From contig NC_057749.1 in NCBI RefSeq assembly GCF_004010195.1, positions 9,239,070 to 9,302,834 of the forward strand: a DNA stretch of 63,765 nt, written 5' to 3'. Of the stretch, positions 25,861 to 39,640 are shown piece after piece. The notes under the pieces were generated by a model. The model searched no databases. It worked only from the letters and a program-made list of their open reading frames with translations, and was not told the DNA's origin. Position numbers and translations under genes: made by a program. This DNA comes from Chiloscyllium plagiosum (lineage: Eukaryota). Each line of letters starts with the position of its first letter. Positions within the stretch are counted from its first letter, which is position 1.

Positions 25861-27429
25861 CAATTTTAACCCTGCTAAAGTTAATCAAAAAGATATTTAT
25901 CTGGATCCTTAGACACATGTAAATGACCATATGGGCACTCGGCAAAAAAAAAGCAGTGAAGTTTTCTTGTGTCTGATCAACATGTATTACAATCAACTCT
26001 ACCACTGAGACAACTTCCTGAACAGGTAATACAGTGAAAATAGCTTTACCCAGAGAATGGCTCAAAGGTGGAATTTGCGGCCACACGGAGCACGCAACCT
26101 TAAGGGAAAGTTAACTAAGTAGATAATGAAGAAAGGATACAAGACAAAGGGTGAGATGAAACAGCGCGAGAGGCAGCTCACGTGCTGGGGCATTCTCACC
26201 ACCCTGGACCAAATAAGTTGCATGATCTATTTCGGCTCTTTAAATTCTGTAATAACCTAATTTCTTAACTCAAGTGTTGTTTGTGGGACTTTGCTCTCCA
26301 CATTTTGTTACCTTACTTTCAAAATGCAGTCACGGCTGTAATTCAATGGCTGTGAAGGATTTTAAGATGTTTTCAGGGCTTAAGAGATTAATATCGTTGG
26401 TCAACAGCCACCATCTAAATCTTAATCTTTCAAATACTGATAGACCCAATGCATGCATGCAGCTCCTTATCCTTTCCACTTGTTCTGCAGTCATTTGAAC
26501 CTACATACTGGCAAATTGGACATCTCAAAAGAAAAACAGTGCTATTCTCACGCATACGATGTTAGGCAAGAAACCTAAATGAGCAGCAGACTTTAAATTA
26601 TAGGTTGCACAAACCACGAGAAAACAAAACACGAATAATGCCAACAAATTCACTTGATTGGTTTAGATGACCTAAATAGAAGCCATAAAAATAGTTAACA
26701 AGTGGTCAAATCTACAGCTATGTTGTCTTCCCCATCATAAACTTAACAGATTTCCCACAGATATATCACTTTATGGTTAAAACTATCTTTTCAAATCTTT
26801 CTCATGCAAGCAGCAAGCACACAGAGTGAGCAGGTCACGCAACCTGAGTAGTGTACAAACACAACCTTTGAAAAACTAAGTACATTCGCCCTCCAACACA
26901 CAGCAATGATCTTAACAGAACAGAAAGCAGCTTAACATGAAGCTTTTAATAAATAAGGCATTATCTATGTTGAGTTAATAAATACATCTAGTATTTATAC
27001 TTTAATTACATTTTAGGAAAACAAGAAATGCAATCAGAGCTATTGCCTTTAGGCTGCTTTTCCACAACTGCCAGTAGCGTGATAAATTAAGTGAAAGAAC
27101 TGCATGAAACCCATGGTTACATAATTTGCTTTACTATACATTGTTTATTGATTTTTGTCACACAAGTATTACAAAGTAGAACTTTGGACTTCATGTGGCA
27201 CGCTATGGGACTTTGAGGTCAACAGCAGTAATTCTCATTTAACCAAAGATCTTGCATGAAAGACTGCATGCAACTGCAGGTTTTTACGACTTGCAAAAAA
27301 GAAGTAGTCTTTCTTAGCAAATGAAACCACCAGTGTTTCATGAAACCCTCTGCATGAGAGAACAATGTCTCCCCTTTTAACACTCAATGATAAAAGAGTT
27401 TTTTTTTGTTTATGGGATGAAAATGTTGC

Positions 27430-27850
27430 TTCTTCATTCATGGTTGTTCTAGGAAAGGTGGTAAGCTCCTTCTTGAACCACTGCAGTCCACATGACGTAG
27501 GTACGTACTCAGCACTGCTGGGAAGGATTTACACCCTGTGACAATGACAGAACTATGACAGTTGCATTTGGAGAGAAACTTGCATGTGGTGCTATTCCCA
27601 CATTTGCTGTCGTTGTCCTCAGAATAGTAGAGGGTTAGCATTCAAAAAGCTGTTGAAAGAAACTTGAGTTGGTGCAATACATCTTGAAGCCAGTACACAC
27701 AGTGCTACTGATGGAGTGAACATTTAAGGTTATGGATGAGGAGCTGACTAAGCAGGCTATTTCGCCTTGGTGTTGAGCCTGAGTGTTGGTGGAGCTGCAT
27801 TCAACCAAGACAAGTGGAGTGGATTCCATCATATTCTAGGCCTGTACTTT
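27430..27850 (-). mobile_element. Degenerate 3' fragment of the same LINE family as 41862-45100
   Basis: Minus strand MMESTPLVL...SISSTVCTGFKMYC parallels VMEYSPLAW...SVAAVYTIYKMHC, and includes the tail GGACTGCAGTGGTTCAAGAAGG. Confidence 0.65.
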
Positions 27851-29198
27851 ATACATGTATCTGGGCAGCTATCTGATCACTCCTTAAAATAAGGTCAAGG
27901 GTCGGAAAGAAGTAGCCTTGAAGCTTTTTGACTTTGAGAGGTGTTTACGTGCTTCACGTGTGATACTCATACTCCAGGGTCTGCACTCTTTAACTCTGCT
28001 CTCCAGCATCCGCAGCCCTCACTTTGTCCTAATTCCTTACACACTTGTTTAGGTTACAAGAGACAGCAGACTTGGATGTCACAGGCATTGCTTTTAGCAA
28101 TCTTGCAAAGGCAGGCCACTGAATATCCATTGTCATTTAAACATCAGTTATTACAAAACAAACAATAAGAGGAGCTCCTATTAATAAAAAAAAGTGTGGA
28201 ATACAAGATCCCCCAGAATAATGCAAACCCACCCTATTCCAAATCCTTAACCAACTAGATTTTATTGGTTGTACATGCAAGACATGATGAATATTATTGT
28301 TAGTGAGCTACAAGCTAATAAAGATTTAAAAGATTTGTATTGAACTAAGAACAGATTCAACAAATTACATTCTACTCAGCAGTAAGCTGTTACAGCAGGA
28401 AATGAGAGAAATCAGATGGCAAAGAAACCCATTTAAGTGCAGCTATTGCTGTAACAAACAGGCTCCTTTCGAAGCAAACAGTGAACTGGTTTTGTTGTAT
28501 AGAATACTCTAATCTGCTGAGCAGCACCACTGTTTATCCAGCACAATTAAAAAATAATCATTTCCAGATTCAGCTCTCTCTAAATACAAGATAAACTTGC
28601 TACAAATACTGGTCTCGAGATGCTGAAAAATCTAGAGACCATGGTTCAAACACAGCTTTCTTCATCATTGAGTTTTTGCCCATTTTATTTGGGTCACCAA
28701 AGTGCAGATTAATTACACTTCTCCATCTTTCAGTCTCCCATTCTTATTCCAAACCCACTACACTCCGGTCTCTTGCCACAACATCTTCCCATCTGGCACT
28801 TAGGCCTTCTCCTATTCTTTCTTCCTGATATTTCATCTCTCATCTTTCATCTCTTCCATTGACCTCAATGCATTTCTTCCTACAAGAAATGACCAGATCA
28901 CTTCAATACTAAATGTAAACAGACATAGCTTGAGAAACTCAGCAGGTCTGGCGAGCATCCATGAAGACAAAGCAGAGTCCAGGTTTCGGGTCCAGTAACC
29001 CCTCTCCAGCTATTTCTGTTTTTGTTTCAGATTTCCATCATCCGCAGTTGCTTCAATCTTATCTTGGCTACTACCTTCAATGCTCCCACATCATTACTAA
29101 CCCCAGAATGTGCTGGTTTCTGCTTTTGTCCTTTTTCATTACTCTACATACCCATCTTTAATGGGTAAAGATAAAAACAGAAAATGCTCCAGCTAATA

Positions 29199-29740
29199 TT
29201 GTGTGCAATTCTGGTCTCCTTCCTATCGGAAAGATGTTATGAAACTTGAAAGGGTTCAGAAAAGATTTACAAGGATGTTGCCAGAGTTGGACGATCTGAG
29301 CTACAGGGAGAGGCTGAACAGGCTGGGGCTGTTTTCCCTGGAGCATGGGAGGCTGAGGGGTGACCTTATACAGGTTTACAAAATTATGAGGGACATGGAT
29401 AGGATATATAGACAAAGTCTTTTCCCTGGGGTCGGGGAGTCCAGAACTAGAGGGTACATGTTTAGGGTGAGAGGGGAAAGATATAAAATGCACCCGAGGG
29501 GCAACTTTTTCACGCAGAGGGTGGTACGTGTATGGAATGAGCTGCCAGAGGATGTGGTGGAGGCTGGTACAATTGCAACATTTAAGAGGCATTTGGATGG
29601 GTATATGAATAGGAAGGGTTTGGAGGGATATGGGCTGGGTGCTGGCAGGTGGGGCTAGATTGGGTTGGGATGTCTGGTCGGCATGGACGGGTTGGACTGA
29701 AAGGTCTGTTTCCATGCTGTACATCTCTACGACTATGACA
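29199..29740 (+). mobile_element. CR1 LINE 3' fragment
   Basis: ORF 29203-29658 QFWSPSYRKDV..LERVQKRFTRMLP..NFFTQRVVRVWNELP plus tail. Confidence 0.92.
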
Positions 29741-30632
29741 AACCTTCCTGTTTGTTCTTCTAGCCACACTCACTTGCTCAAAATCTATTACATTTCCATC
29801 TCCTTCAGAGCTCTGAAGAAGCTTCCTTGACCTGAAATGTTAATTCTGTTCCTATTTGCTGCCTGACAAGCAAAATTGGACTAAAGAATCTGTTTCTGTG
29901 CTGTATAAATCGATGACTAAGTATTCCAGCATTTTCTATTCTTAGTTCAATTTTTGATAGCTGCTGTCCTTTTGGTTCATGAAGTATAGATCTCAAATGG
30001 ACAGTCCAAGTTAATACATAAGAAATTACTTCAATGTTGCTGCTACTGCTCAAGAATCCATTTCTCAAAGTGTAAGAGCAAGTTTAGCATACCAACAGCT
30101 TATGCGAAAATCCCCCTCCACTTCATGCCTGGAAAAAAGAATTATGGCATGGTAGGGCTCCAGTGATATGAACAAACTTGCAGTGACTTGTTCAAGTAAT
30201 TTCCTTTTATATTTCAATAAAAAGGGCTTGGAAAGTGAGGTTGCCATTGTTACCAATTTTGTGGCTGACAGCATGCAGAAATATTCTTGACAGAGTTGAG
30301 TTCGCCCAGCATCAGCAAGCTGATCAAGCTAGTTTGTAAGGCTAGTCATTCACATCACTGTTTAAATACCTCTAGTTATGCCACCAAGGGAACCATAACC
30401 AAAAGTCTTGACAGGTAAGTCAACCTCTGCCAACTGCCTTCTAACATACTTGCATTATTTAGCCATATGCTTCCAATATGATTTTCATTTGTTGAGGATA
30501 ATTGCTTTCATTATGTATAAAAGCACTAGTTTAACAACATGCAAACAACTCCAGTAAATAAATTAATCTCACAAAGACACAATTAAAGGCACAAAATGGT
30601 TAAAACCAAAAAATGGAAAATGTATCACCCGG

Positions 30633-30895
30633 TCTCTTTATTCTTTTGTGGGCTTCACTGGCAAAGTCAGCACTGGATGACCATCCCTTGAACAAAGTGG
30701 CTTGCTCAGACATTTCAGAAGAGAGTCAGGAGTCAACCACTTGGCTGTGGGTCTGGACTCACATGGAGGCCAGACCAGGAAAGGATAGCAGATTTTCTTC
30801 ACTAAGTACATTAATGAAACAAATGGGTTTTTTGTGGCGATCAACAATATAATGACCAATAACAAGACTAGCTTCCAATTCCATTTTATTAACTA
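30633..30895 (-). mobile_element. SINE-like derivative joining the 5' body and 3' tail of the 41862-45100 LINE
   Basis: Minus strand AAAAACCCATTTGTTTCATTAATG...CCTGGTCTGGCCTCCATGTGAGTCCAGACCCACAGCCAAGTGGTTGACTC matches ~42035-42135, then runs into a tail resembling ~45020-45070. Confidence 0.65.
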
Positions 30896-33800
30896 AAAAG
30901 CACATTTCAATCAACTGTATGCTTGAACCTCTTCAATCAGGTTTTCACCACACCCACATCAAAATAAAGGAGCGCTGAGAGAAGGACTCCGAAGTAGGCA
31001 GTTAGTATCACCTAGAACAGATGGAGTGAGAATCCCCATGACAGGCAGAGACAAGACTAGATTGATTGAATGGATTGGAATTGGTTTTTGCTCCACTACA
31101 GAGAAAGGAACTAACTATTCAATGAGTCTCTGGTCAGTGGTCAAGATCTTTTCTATTCTTAACTTGGCACCAAAATTAATGGTAAACTTAATATATAAAA
31201 AGGCAACGTTAGTATGTGCATAAAATAACTTAATAATTGAAATTCTAAGGATAGGAAGACAGGTGATGAGTCATGACTGCAGAATGTGGAAGCTCCTTGA
31301 TACCATTTTGATCTAGGTCACAATCACTTTGGTTCAATAATGAGCTGAAGGCCGAACTACAGATGCTGTGATGCATGAGAGTAGAAGAGTTACCTTCATT
31401 CTTTGTACGAGGAAGCAGCCAAACTATTAGGTTGGGGTCATCTAATTTGATCGATGGTCAAGGACAGGAAGATGTATGAAGGTGGTAAGGGGACCAACAG
31501 GACATAAGTGTCAGCTTCGTCGGTTGTCCAATAAGTCTGGGGTTCTCTCAGCCTGTTTAGATAAAGGTATGGTGGATGAGAAAACTAAACTCGGCACTAT
31601 GGTACAGAAAGCTATTCAACTGCTGGGAGCAGGAAGGAGTGTTCTAGTAGAGGAACATATAGAAAGGGGATTGGCTTGTTCGCTGCAAAGAGCAAGAGTC
31701 CAGACAGTTGTGTTGCATGCGTGGTTCCAGGGTTCAGGATATCTGCTCAGGGCTGGAAAGGAACTCTCAGTGCAAAGAGGAGGATCCAACACCGGTAAAA
31801 CTAGCAAGAGGTTCTGCACAGGAGGGCTACAGAAGGTCCTAGATTTACATATAAATCGAATTAATCACTTCTTCAGGAACAAAAGTGAAGCTTTTAATTC
31901 TCTTTACATTTTAAACGTTTGCTTCTATTATTTACCATTACTGCACTTTTAAATTTTCTGACAAGCTAACATCTGTAACAACACTTTATTACAACACAAG
32001 TCTCTTATTTGATGAAAAAGGTCATTCCACAACTGTGTCCAACATTCAGCATCAGAGGCATTCCTTACATACAATCAATAACAGCAAAAGATCAGTGTCT
32101 ATTTCTTTAGAATTTCCCTTCCCTCTCAACATATAGACATGCCTAATATTCTTACTGCTGTGTATTTTAAATGATTACGCAATCCAAATTTTTTTAAATG
32201 CAAGTGTTTTAAACACTTTCTCAACAAGGTTGAAAAGTAATTGCCATCATAATCAGCAGTTCTGGCATAGTCTAAGTCCGATAAGATTATACTGTCAAAA
32301 CCTGTTGAACTTGTAGTGATCGTATTGTGCTGCCTTTAATTGCATGAAATGGGTAGACATTAAAGGGGCTTTTTAATCATAAAGTAATTAGTAGCGTTAA
32401 TTGTTTTATCAGGATAAATTACTGAGAGCTGATAGAGTACACATTCATCAAATATTTGGACATTGGTTTCAACGTACAATGAAGGGTCTGCATAGTTGAG
32501 TAAATTACTGATCCTTCACTCATAATACACTGGTCAGAAATCCAGTACATATTCATGACATGCAATCTTCTGTGCACTAACCACACAGACAGTTTGCAAC
32601 AATTCTAGATTTCATTCAGTGACAAAGCACATGGTCACACATCATAATTTTGCTTTTAAGCTTACACTAAACTAACAACAAAGGGATAGTCCAGTGGATA
32701 AAGAAACTGAAAAATGGAAAATTGCAACACTTTAAGGAGAAGAATACTCTTCTGATGGGAGGGCTGAAGTAAATCTGTACAGCAGGAAAAAAAAGGAGCG
32801 TTTCGTTCACTTAGCTGGTTTGACAGGTTGTCTAAAATCAAAATGAACTCGAAACCACCACCTAACTTAAATACATTTGGCCTGGTATTCAGCCTTAGTA
32901 AAAGGAGCAAATATGAGCCCAAAAAAAAAAACACCCTTCAATAATTCTGGCACAAATTAGACATAAAATCACCAATACGTAATATTCCAAAACTCTATTT
33001 TTCACGTATTAAATCAATTTCATTTTGATCTGTGAATGAAGTTTGATGTTCTGTCAGCCATAAAATATAGATCTTCACATCAATTCCTCACTGCCATAAC
33101 GAAACTAGTTTCTTAAAGTTTTTAAACCAGGTATTTCCAAATTGAATACAGGAATGAGATGAGATATGTAGAAGATACACAAGATAAATCCCAATTTTTA
33201 AGGAATTGGTGAAACTCTAGAGATTAAAAAAACTACTTCTGAAATATCACTGGCAACTATTGCTTTATTCAAAGAAACTCTTGTTAAGCGATTTAGATTG
33301 CCTTTCAGAAAGCTCAATTATGAGACTCAAATCTAAAGATGAACTTCAAACCATCGTAAAGATACTCAGCAATAGGTAGGACTTATAGTTTGAAGCTGAC
33401 CTCGAAACTTTGATGAAATAGAAAAAGACAGGCTGTGACAAAGAGCCCAAACCCATTCATTCTTCTGGACTTCCTCCTGAACTATAAATACACCATTCAG
33501 CAATCACTTACTCTCTGCAATCTCACTGTATTGAAATAATTGCACATTGAATTCTTGGAAACTTCAAGTTTCCCACAATCCATAAATATTTCAAAGTAGA
33601 TGCAAACTTGTTCTTTTTAAAGTTTCAGTTCTTGGCTTTCAGGATCTTTGGGAAAAAAATTGGCTATGTCCCCATGTTTCTTAGAAATAGGTGCTAAAGA
33701 CCCATTTTGAAAAGGTTTTATTTGGGAAATATTGAATTTAAGAAACAAAAAAAGTGTGCACCAGATAATTTTACATCAGGTTACTTTCAAATAGTGGATG

Positions 33801-34691
33801 CGTAGAATGCTAGTAGTCCCATTTTAAGCTGCATCAATAAAACTGTACCAGGTTATCACTGTTGAATACATCAAGGAATATGTCTGAATGAAAAGGGGAA
33901 AAAAAAACAGTTGAGCTCTGTTTTACTGCCTCATGAATTCACATTTGTGCTCACACAAAGTAGATTGCTGCCAAAGGCTCTGCAAGAATCAAATAAGTAC
34001 AATTTTCTCAATTCCACCCAAGAAAGGACATACTGTCCCACTGAATAATTTAAATTGGGAAGACAGACCCTGTTGCAATTCCATCTTTAAGAAAATAATT
34101 TTATATTCAGTGTAGCATGTTGCAAATGCCAGTATTTTGGACCATTAAATTAGACCATTTTATCGGAGTTGTATTTCTGCTACCAGAAAAAGGTAGCTTT
34201 AGAAGTGCAAAAGGAGCTGTACCGGACTCAGTATCCAAACTAAACAAATGCCAGTCAAAAAACAGGCTGCAACTGTTCCACCATGATAAACTGCCATTAA
34301 AAAAAAATTAATAAAGGAAACGGAAAAGATGGAAGAAGTAGAATGAAGAGTCAAAACAGGGATGATATATACATTCCCTTTGGGGAAACTAAATTAAAGT
34401 TGATTTCAAGGGGAGAACTGAGATTATACAACATCAATTTGTATTAATATTCAGGCCTGACTGGATCCTAATACTGCACTTTAAAATTAGTTTCCATATC
34501 TAATCCTGAAACGCTAAAATGACATTGCGCACTTATGAACTGTAACATTCTAAATCCCAAAAACATCCTTTGCATTACTAGCTGAGTTATTTAAAATTAC
34601 TTGCAGAACAGCATAAAAATTGAGCTCTTCGCTGTATTAACCATTATTCAAACATGATTGGAGGTGCTGGTGTTGGACTGGGGTGGGCAAA

Positions 34692-35179
34692 GTTAAAAGC
34701 CACACAACACCAGGTTATAGTCCAATGGGTTTGTTTGGAAGCACTAGCTTTTGAGCCGCTGCCTTTTCATCAGTGGTTGTGGAACAGGACCATACAACAC
34801 GGAATTTATAGCAAAAGGGTTAAAGTGTCACAGAGCTGTAATGATATATTAAACAAATTTAGCTTAGGTCTTTCATCTTTAAGAATGGGATTACTAGTTT
34901 CGGTTCTTTAATATGTAAATCTTGAGAATGTAACTTGAAAGGAGTTTTGTGATTTACATATTAACAAACCGAAACTAGCATATCCCATTCTAAAAGATGA
35001 AAGACCTAATCTAAACCAGTTTAATATATCATTACAGCTCCATGACACTGTAATCCTTTTGCTATAAATTGTGTCGTGAGTCCTGTTGTTCAATCACCTG
35101 ATGAAGGGGCAACACCTTGAAAGCTCGTGCTTCCAAGTAGACCTGTTGGACTATAACCTGGTGTTGAGTGACATTTAAC
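34692..35179. mobile_element. Second PLE-derived inverted repeat (arms ~34692-34921 and ~34951-35179) with hammerhead-like motifs
   Basis: The arms are imperfect reverse complements. The right arm has CAC-CTGATGA-AGGGGCAACACCTT-GAAA-GC-TC-GTG at 35095-35129. The left-arm copy is more decayed. Confidence 0.75.
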
Positions 35180-35554
35180 ATTATTAAAACACTTAGTTTT
35201 GGACATTTAGTTGGTTTCAAATCTACAAAGATGTAGTATGTTGACTTTTCATTATGACTAAAATTATAAAATATTGATTCATAAAACCTATCTACAGCCA
35301 GGTGATTTAGCACAATCAAGGACTAAAACCATGTTATATACAGTCCTGTTAAAAAGCAAAGTAGTACACTAACATCTATGAATACTCAGAGTTCCTCTGA
35401 TACCAGATTCCAACAATAACACTGACATAAATCTTTCTTAAAACCAAAAGGAAGTACAAAATGAAAGAGAATATTAATGTCTGCAGACTACTTCCAGTCT
35501 GGTGGGAATTTTGCCTCCAAAAAGTCCTCAGCCAGATATCCTGTCTGATAGTGT

Positions 35555-36260
35555 CAGTGTCATACAGGACAAAAACTGATCCTTCGGTCCATCCACTCCA
35601 TGCCGACCATAATCCTAAACTAAACTAAACTAATCCCCACCGGTCTGCATTTGGTCCATATCCCTCCAAACATTTCTTATTCATGTACTTATCCAAATGT
35701 ATTTTAAACATAACTACCTGCATCCATCACTTCCTCACTCTACGCATGAACCACAGTTTAAAAAATTGCCCTCGTATCTTTAAATATTCTTCCCCTGATC
35801 TTAAAAGTATGCCCCCTAAAAATAATCCCCCATCCTAGAGAAAAAAAAACCTGACATTCACCTTATCTATGTCCCTCATGATCTTATAAGGTATAAGATA
35901 AGGTCACTCCAGTGAAAAGAACGCTGCACCTTTCCTTATAACTCAAACCTTCCATTTTCAGCAACATTCTAGTAAATCTCTTCTGCACCCTCTCCTGCTA
36001 ATATTTTTCTTTTAACATGACAACCAGAACTGGACACAGCACTCCAGCCAATGCCTCACCAACATCCTGTACAACCTCAACATAACATTCCAACTCCTAT
36101 ACTGAAAGGTTTATGCAATGAATGCAAGCATGCTAAATGCATTCTTAGTCACCCTGTCTACATGTGATGCAAACTTCAAAGAATTATATACTTGAACCCC
36201 TAGATGTCTCTGTTCTACAACACTACCTGAGGCCCTTCTTAAGCAATTAAAACTCCTGCC
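35555..36260 (-). mobile_element. CR1 LINE 3' fragment, degenerate
   Basis: LGVQVYNSLKFASHVDRV..AFSMLAFI and a CR1 tail. Confidence 0.8.
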
Positions 36261-36399
36261 CTTGATTGTACATTGGGGTAAATCATCGAACCATATTAAA
36301 AATTTCACATCTGGGATCCAAGATGACAGCGTCCTGTTAGGGTTGCATTTGCTGGGCTCCGTGCTGCAAAACCGACCAGACAGAGCCAGCACCCATCTC

Positions 36400-39300
36400 A
36401 AACATTTCAGTGCGAGTAAAAACACCACAAAAGGAACCAGAAACCTGAAAAAATCGACTTCCATTGTCCTTGCAGCTGAAGAATGCCAAAACAAGGAGGA
36501 AGCTCACACAGGACCGGGGCCATGGCCCAGCCTTCTGAAGCAGCGGGCTCCCTTATTCACCAGACCCTGGTTGAGGAGCTGGCCAAATCTTGAGGTCCTG
36601 GGGAGGCAGATCCAGGGGAAAAAAAAAGAGAGGCTGGCTCCTGTGTCTGATATGCTGCACGACTTGGGAAGCTCGAGCACTGGGCTGCAGGGGTAGAGGC
36701 AGAGACTGACTCCTCCAAGTGCCAGATTGAAACCCTGGAGAAACAGGTCCGTGGTCCGTTGGACCTGGAGGACGATCTCTAAAACAGGAGCATAAGAAAG
36801 GACCTACACGTTGTTGGCATACTGGAGGGGATGGAAGGTGAACAGCTGGTGGGATTTATCGAGAAGTGATTCCCAGAATTCCTCGGTTTGGAGGCTGAGA
36901 AGGGAAGGATAACAATTGAAAGAGCCCACTGGATCACAGCACAAAAGCCAGGTCCGGATCAGCGCCCATTCCCTGTCCTGGTCAGGTTCCGGGATGAATA
37001 GAGTATTTAAGTTTAATCCCCAAATTATGTTAGGGGATGGGTGATGTATTTATTTTTAGTTTACTTGACTACAGTACTAACCTTGATCTTGGTGGGTTTC
37101 TTTCTCTATTGGATGGTCAATATATGTGGCGCAACCCTCGCTGGAAGGAGTGGAGGGTGGTTGGGATGGTTCGTAGGGTTGTAGGATGTGTAGGTACCTT
37201 CTTTGAATAGGTAGTAAATTAGTTCTATCAGTCCCTTTGGCGATTTTTTGTTTCTCTGTTTTTGCTGTATATAGTTTCTGCAAGCTTCTTAGATTTGTTG
37301 GCTGTAGTTATTGGGTTATGTGGATTCTTTTGCATTAAAGCTCAGTGATCTGTGGTTCAGGTTCTTCCTCTCTGGAGTCTAAATGGTGCTATAGAAGGTT
37401 ATGGCTAAGGATGTGTTTAAGTGGTGCTCCTGGAATATTAAGGGGAGTCTTTCGCCTGACAAGAGGAAGGAGGTACTTTCCAGCCTTAAAAGGAGAGAGG
37501 GCGGATGTTGCCTTATTACAAGAAACACACTTAGATGATGCAGAGCATTTGAAGCTACAACAGAATTGATATGACTGGGCTTATTTTTCATCTTTCAATA
37601 CAAGGAGTAGAGAGGTAGTCATTTTAGTTAGAAAGAATCTCTCATTTAAGTTTTTAAAGAGTGCATTAAAGACACATGGGAGATTTGTAATCGTTGAAGC
37701 TTTGATACGTGGAGAAGAATACAGGATCGGAAATGTTTACTGTTCCCTGGCCCACTCCCTTAAATTCTTGACAGATGCACTTTCTAGTCAAGATATTATC
37801 GTAGGAGGAGATTTCAATTGTCTCATAGACCCTATTGTAGACAGATTGCCCAAAGGCCCGCTGATATCTTCTTTGCGATCGAAACAATTAAGGGATTTGT
37901 GTAGATGTTTGGAGGCATCTTCACCCTACTGGCAGAGACTTCACATTCTTTTCAAACCCACATAAATGCTATACCAGGATTGATCTTTTTCTGACCCCCA
38001 CAGCACATCTGGGCTCGGTCGCATCACGTGCAATTGGCAATATCACTATTTCCGATCATGCCCCAGTGTATTTAATGGGAAGAGTAAGGATACTGTGATA
38101 GGCTCGAGGCATTGGCAACTGGACATCTTCATCCTCAAAGATAGCAAGTTTATTGAATTCTTTTCTACTGGGTTCAGGGCTTTTTTGGATATTAATTCAG
38201 GCTCAGCCAATAGCCCATCATTCTTTGGGAAACGCTAAAGCCTATGCTGGGGGTTGGTTATTTCCTAATCAGCCATTAAGAAGCGACTGACAGGTGAGCA
38301 ACAATGCTTGCTCAAGACACGTCTGAAAGTAGCTGAAAAGACATTGCTTTTCACATTGGTTATTAACCGCTGGCGGAGGCAATACTTATGGATTACAACG
38401 TAACCGCTCCAGAAGTGGAGATGAAGTCACATAAGATCGCATTGTATGCGGATGACGTTCTTGTCTTCTTATCAAACCCAGCAGTCTCAATGCTACACCT
38501 GATACAATGCATCAATCTATTTGGTGGCTTTTCGGGTTATAAGATCAACTTTGCAAAAAGTCAGAGGCCATGTCCATGGGTGGTGTCCCAAGAGTGCCTG
38601 ATCCTGAGGGTGGATCTCCGTTCCCCTTTAAATGGCCGCAAGAGGGCTTTCTCTACGTGGGTATGTTTGTTACTCCTGTTTTTGATTGGCTATTTAAAGC
38701 CAATTTTACCCATTTATTTGACAAAATCAAGTAGGACCTTCGTAGATGGAGACGCTTCCGATCTCTTGGTTAGGTTGGATAGCCCTCATTAAAATGAACA
38801 TTCTGCCCCGCCTATTGTATCCTATATGAATGCTTCCTCTGCTTTACTAGGAAAATATTTAGAAGACTGAACGGCTGGTTCGGTTCTTTTATCTGGTATC
38901 GCAAGCGGCCCCTGATTAAATTGACTAAATTGCAGTTACCTTACACAGAGGAGTGAGCCTCCCAAATATCAAAAGCTATCAATTAAGCTTGTTGCTATCT
39001 TACGTGAATGATTGGGCCCGGGGAGACCCTAATCACTTTGGTTGGACAACAAAGCATCTCAGGCAAGATGCTCCCTTATTAGCCTGAGAACAGTTAAGGA
39101 ATATTGCCACAGCCCAAAAGTCATCAATTCTGTCAAGGCGTTGACAGCAATATTGCCAAAATATAATTATTGACACCCATAGTTGGTATGCCAGGCTTTC
39201 AGCCAGAGATGATGGGTTTAAACTATGGGCAACTAGAGGCGTGTCTTGCCTGGGTGATTTATTCAAAGGGGGCATATTGATGTCTTTGACAAGTTGGCCT

Positions 39301-39640
39301 GGAAATATGAATTGCCCAGTATGGACCTTTTCATTTCTTTCAAATTAGAAATTTCATACAAAAAGAGACCACACTTCTAGTTGTTCCTTTAGGTCTGACA
39401 TGGAAAGGACGGCGTTGAGTACTGAGGGTACATTATCTGTTAGCAACGCTCATCTATTGGGAGGGGGTCCCTTGGATGAGACCACACAGCTCTGTAAGGT
39501 ACGGGAGAGGGAGTTGCATGTTGAGATCTCTTCTGAAATATGAGAGGATATCTGGGAAAATGCAAGAAGCATCTATTTGCAACAGAACCCATGCCTTACA
39601 ATTGAAGATTCTCCACAGGGTTCATTTGGCCCCAGACTGC
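36400..39640 (+). mobile_element. Degenerate L1-clade LINE (ORF1 remnant, APE, largely deleted RT, C-terminal region)
   Basis: ORF1-like IERAH near 36915. ORF2 start MAKDVFKWCSWNIKG at 37401, DVALLQETHL, IIVGGDFN, KIALYADDVLVFLSNP, LQLKILHRVHL. Many stops and frameshifts. Confidence 0.85.

Noticed and set aside
31476..31952. 158-aa plus-strand ORF as a possible nested gene
   Set aside because: No recognisable protein. Another frame reads CCMRGSRVQDICSGLERN, a decayed CR1 ORF1 esterase motif like CCLPGARVQDI at ~13745.
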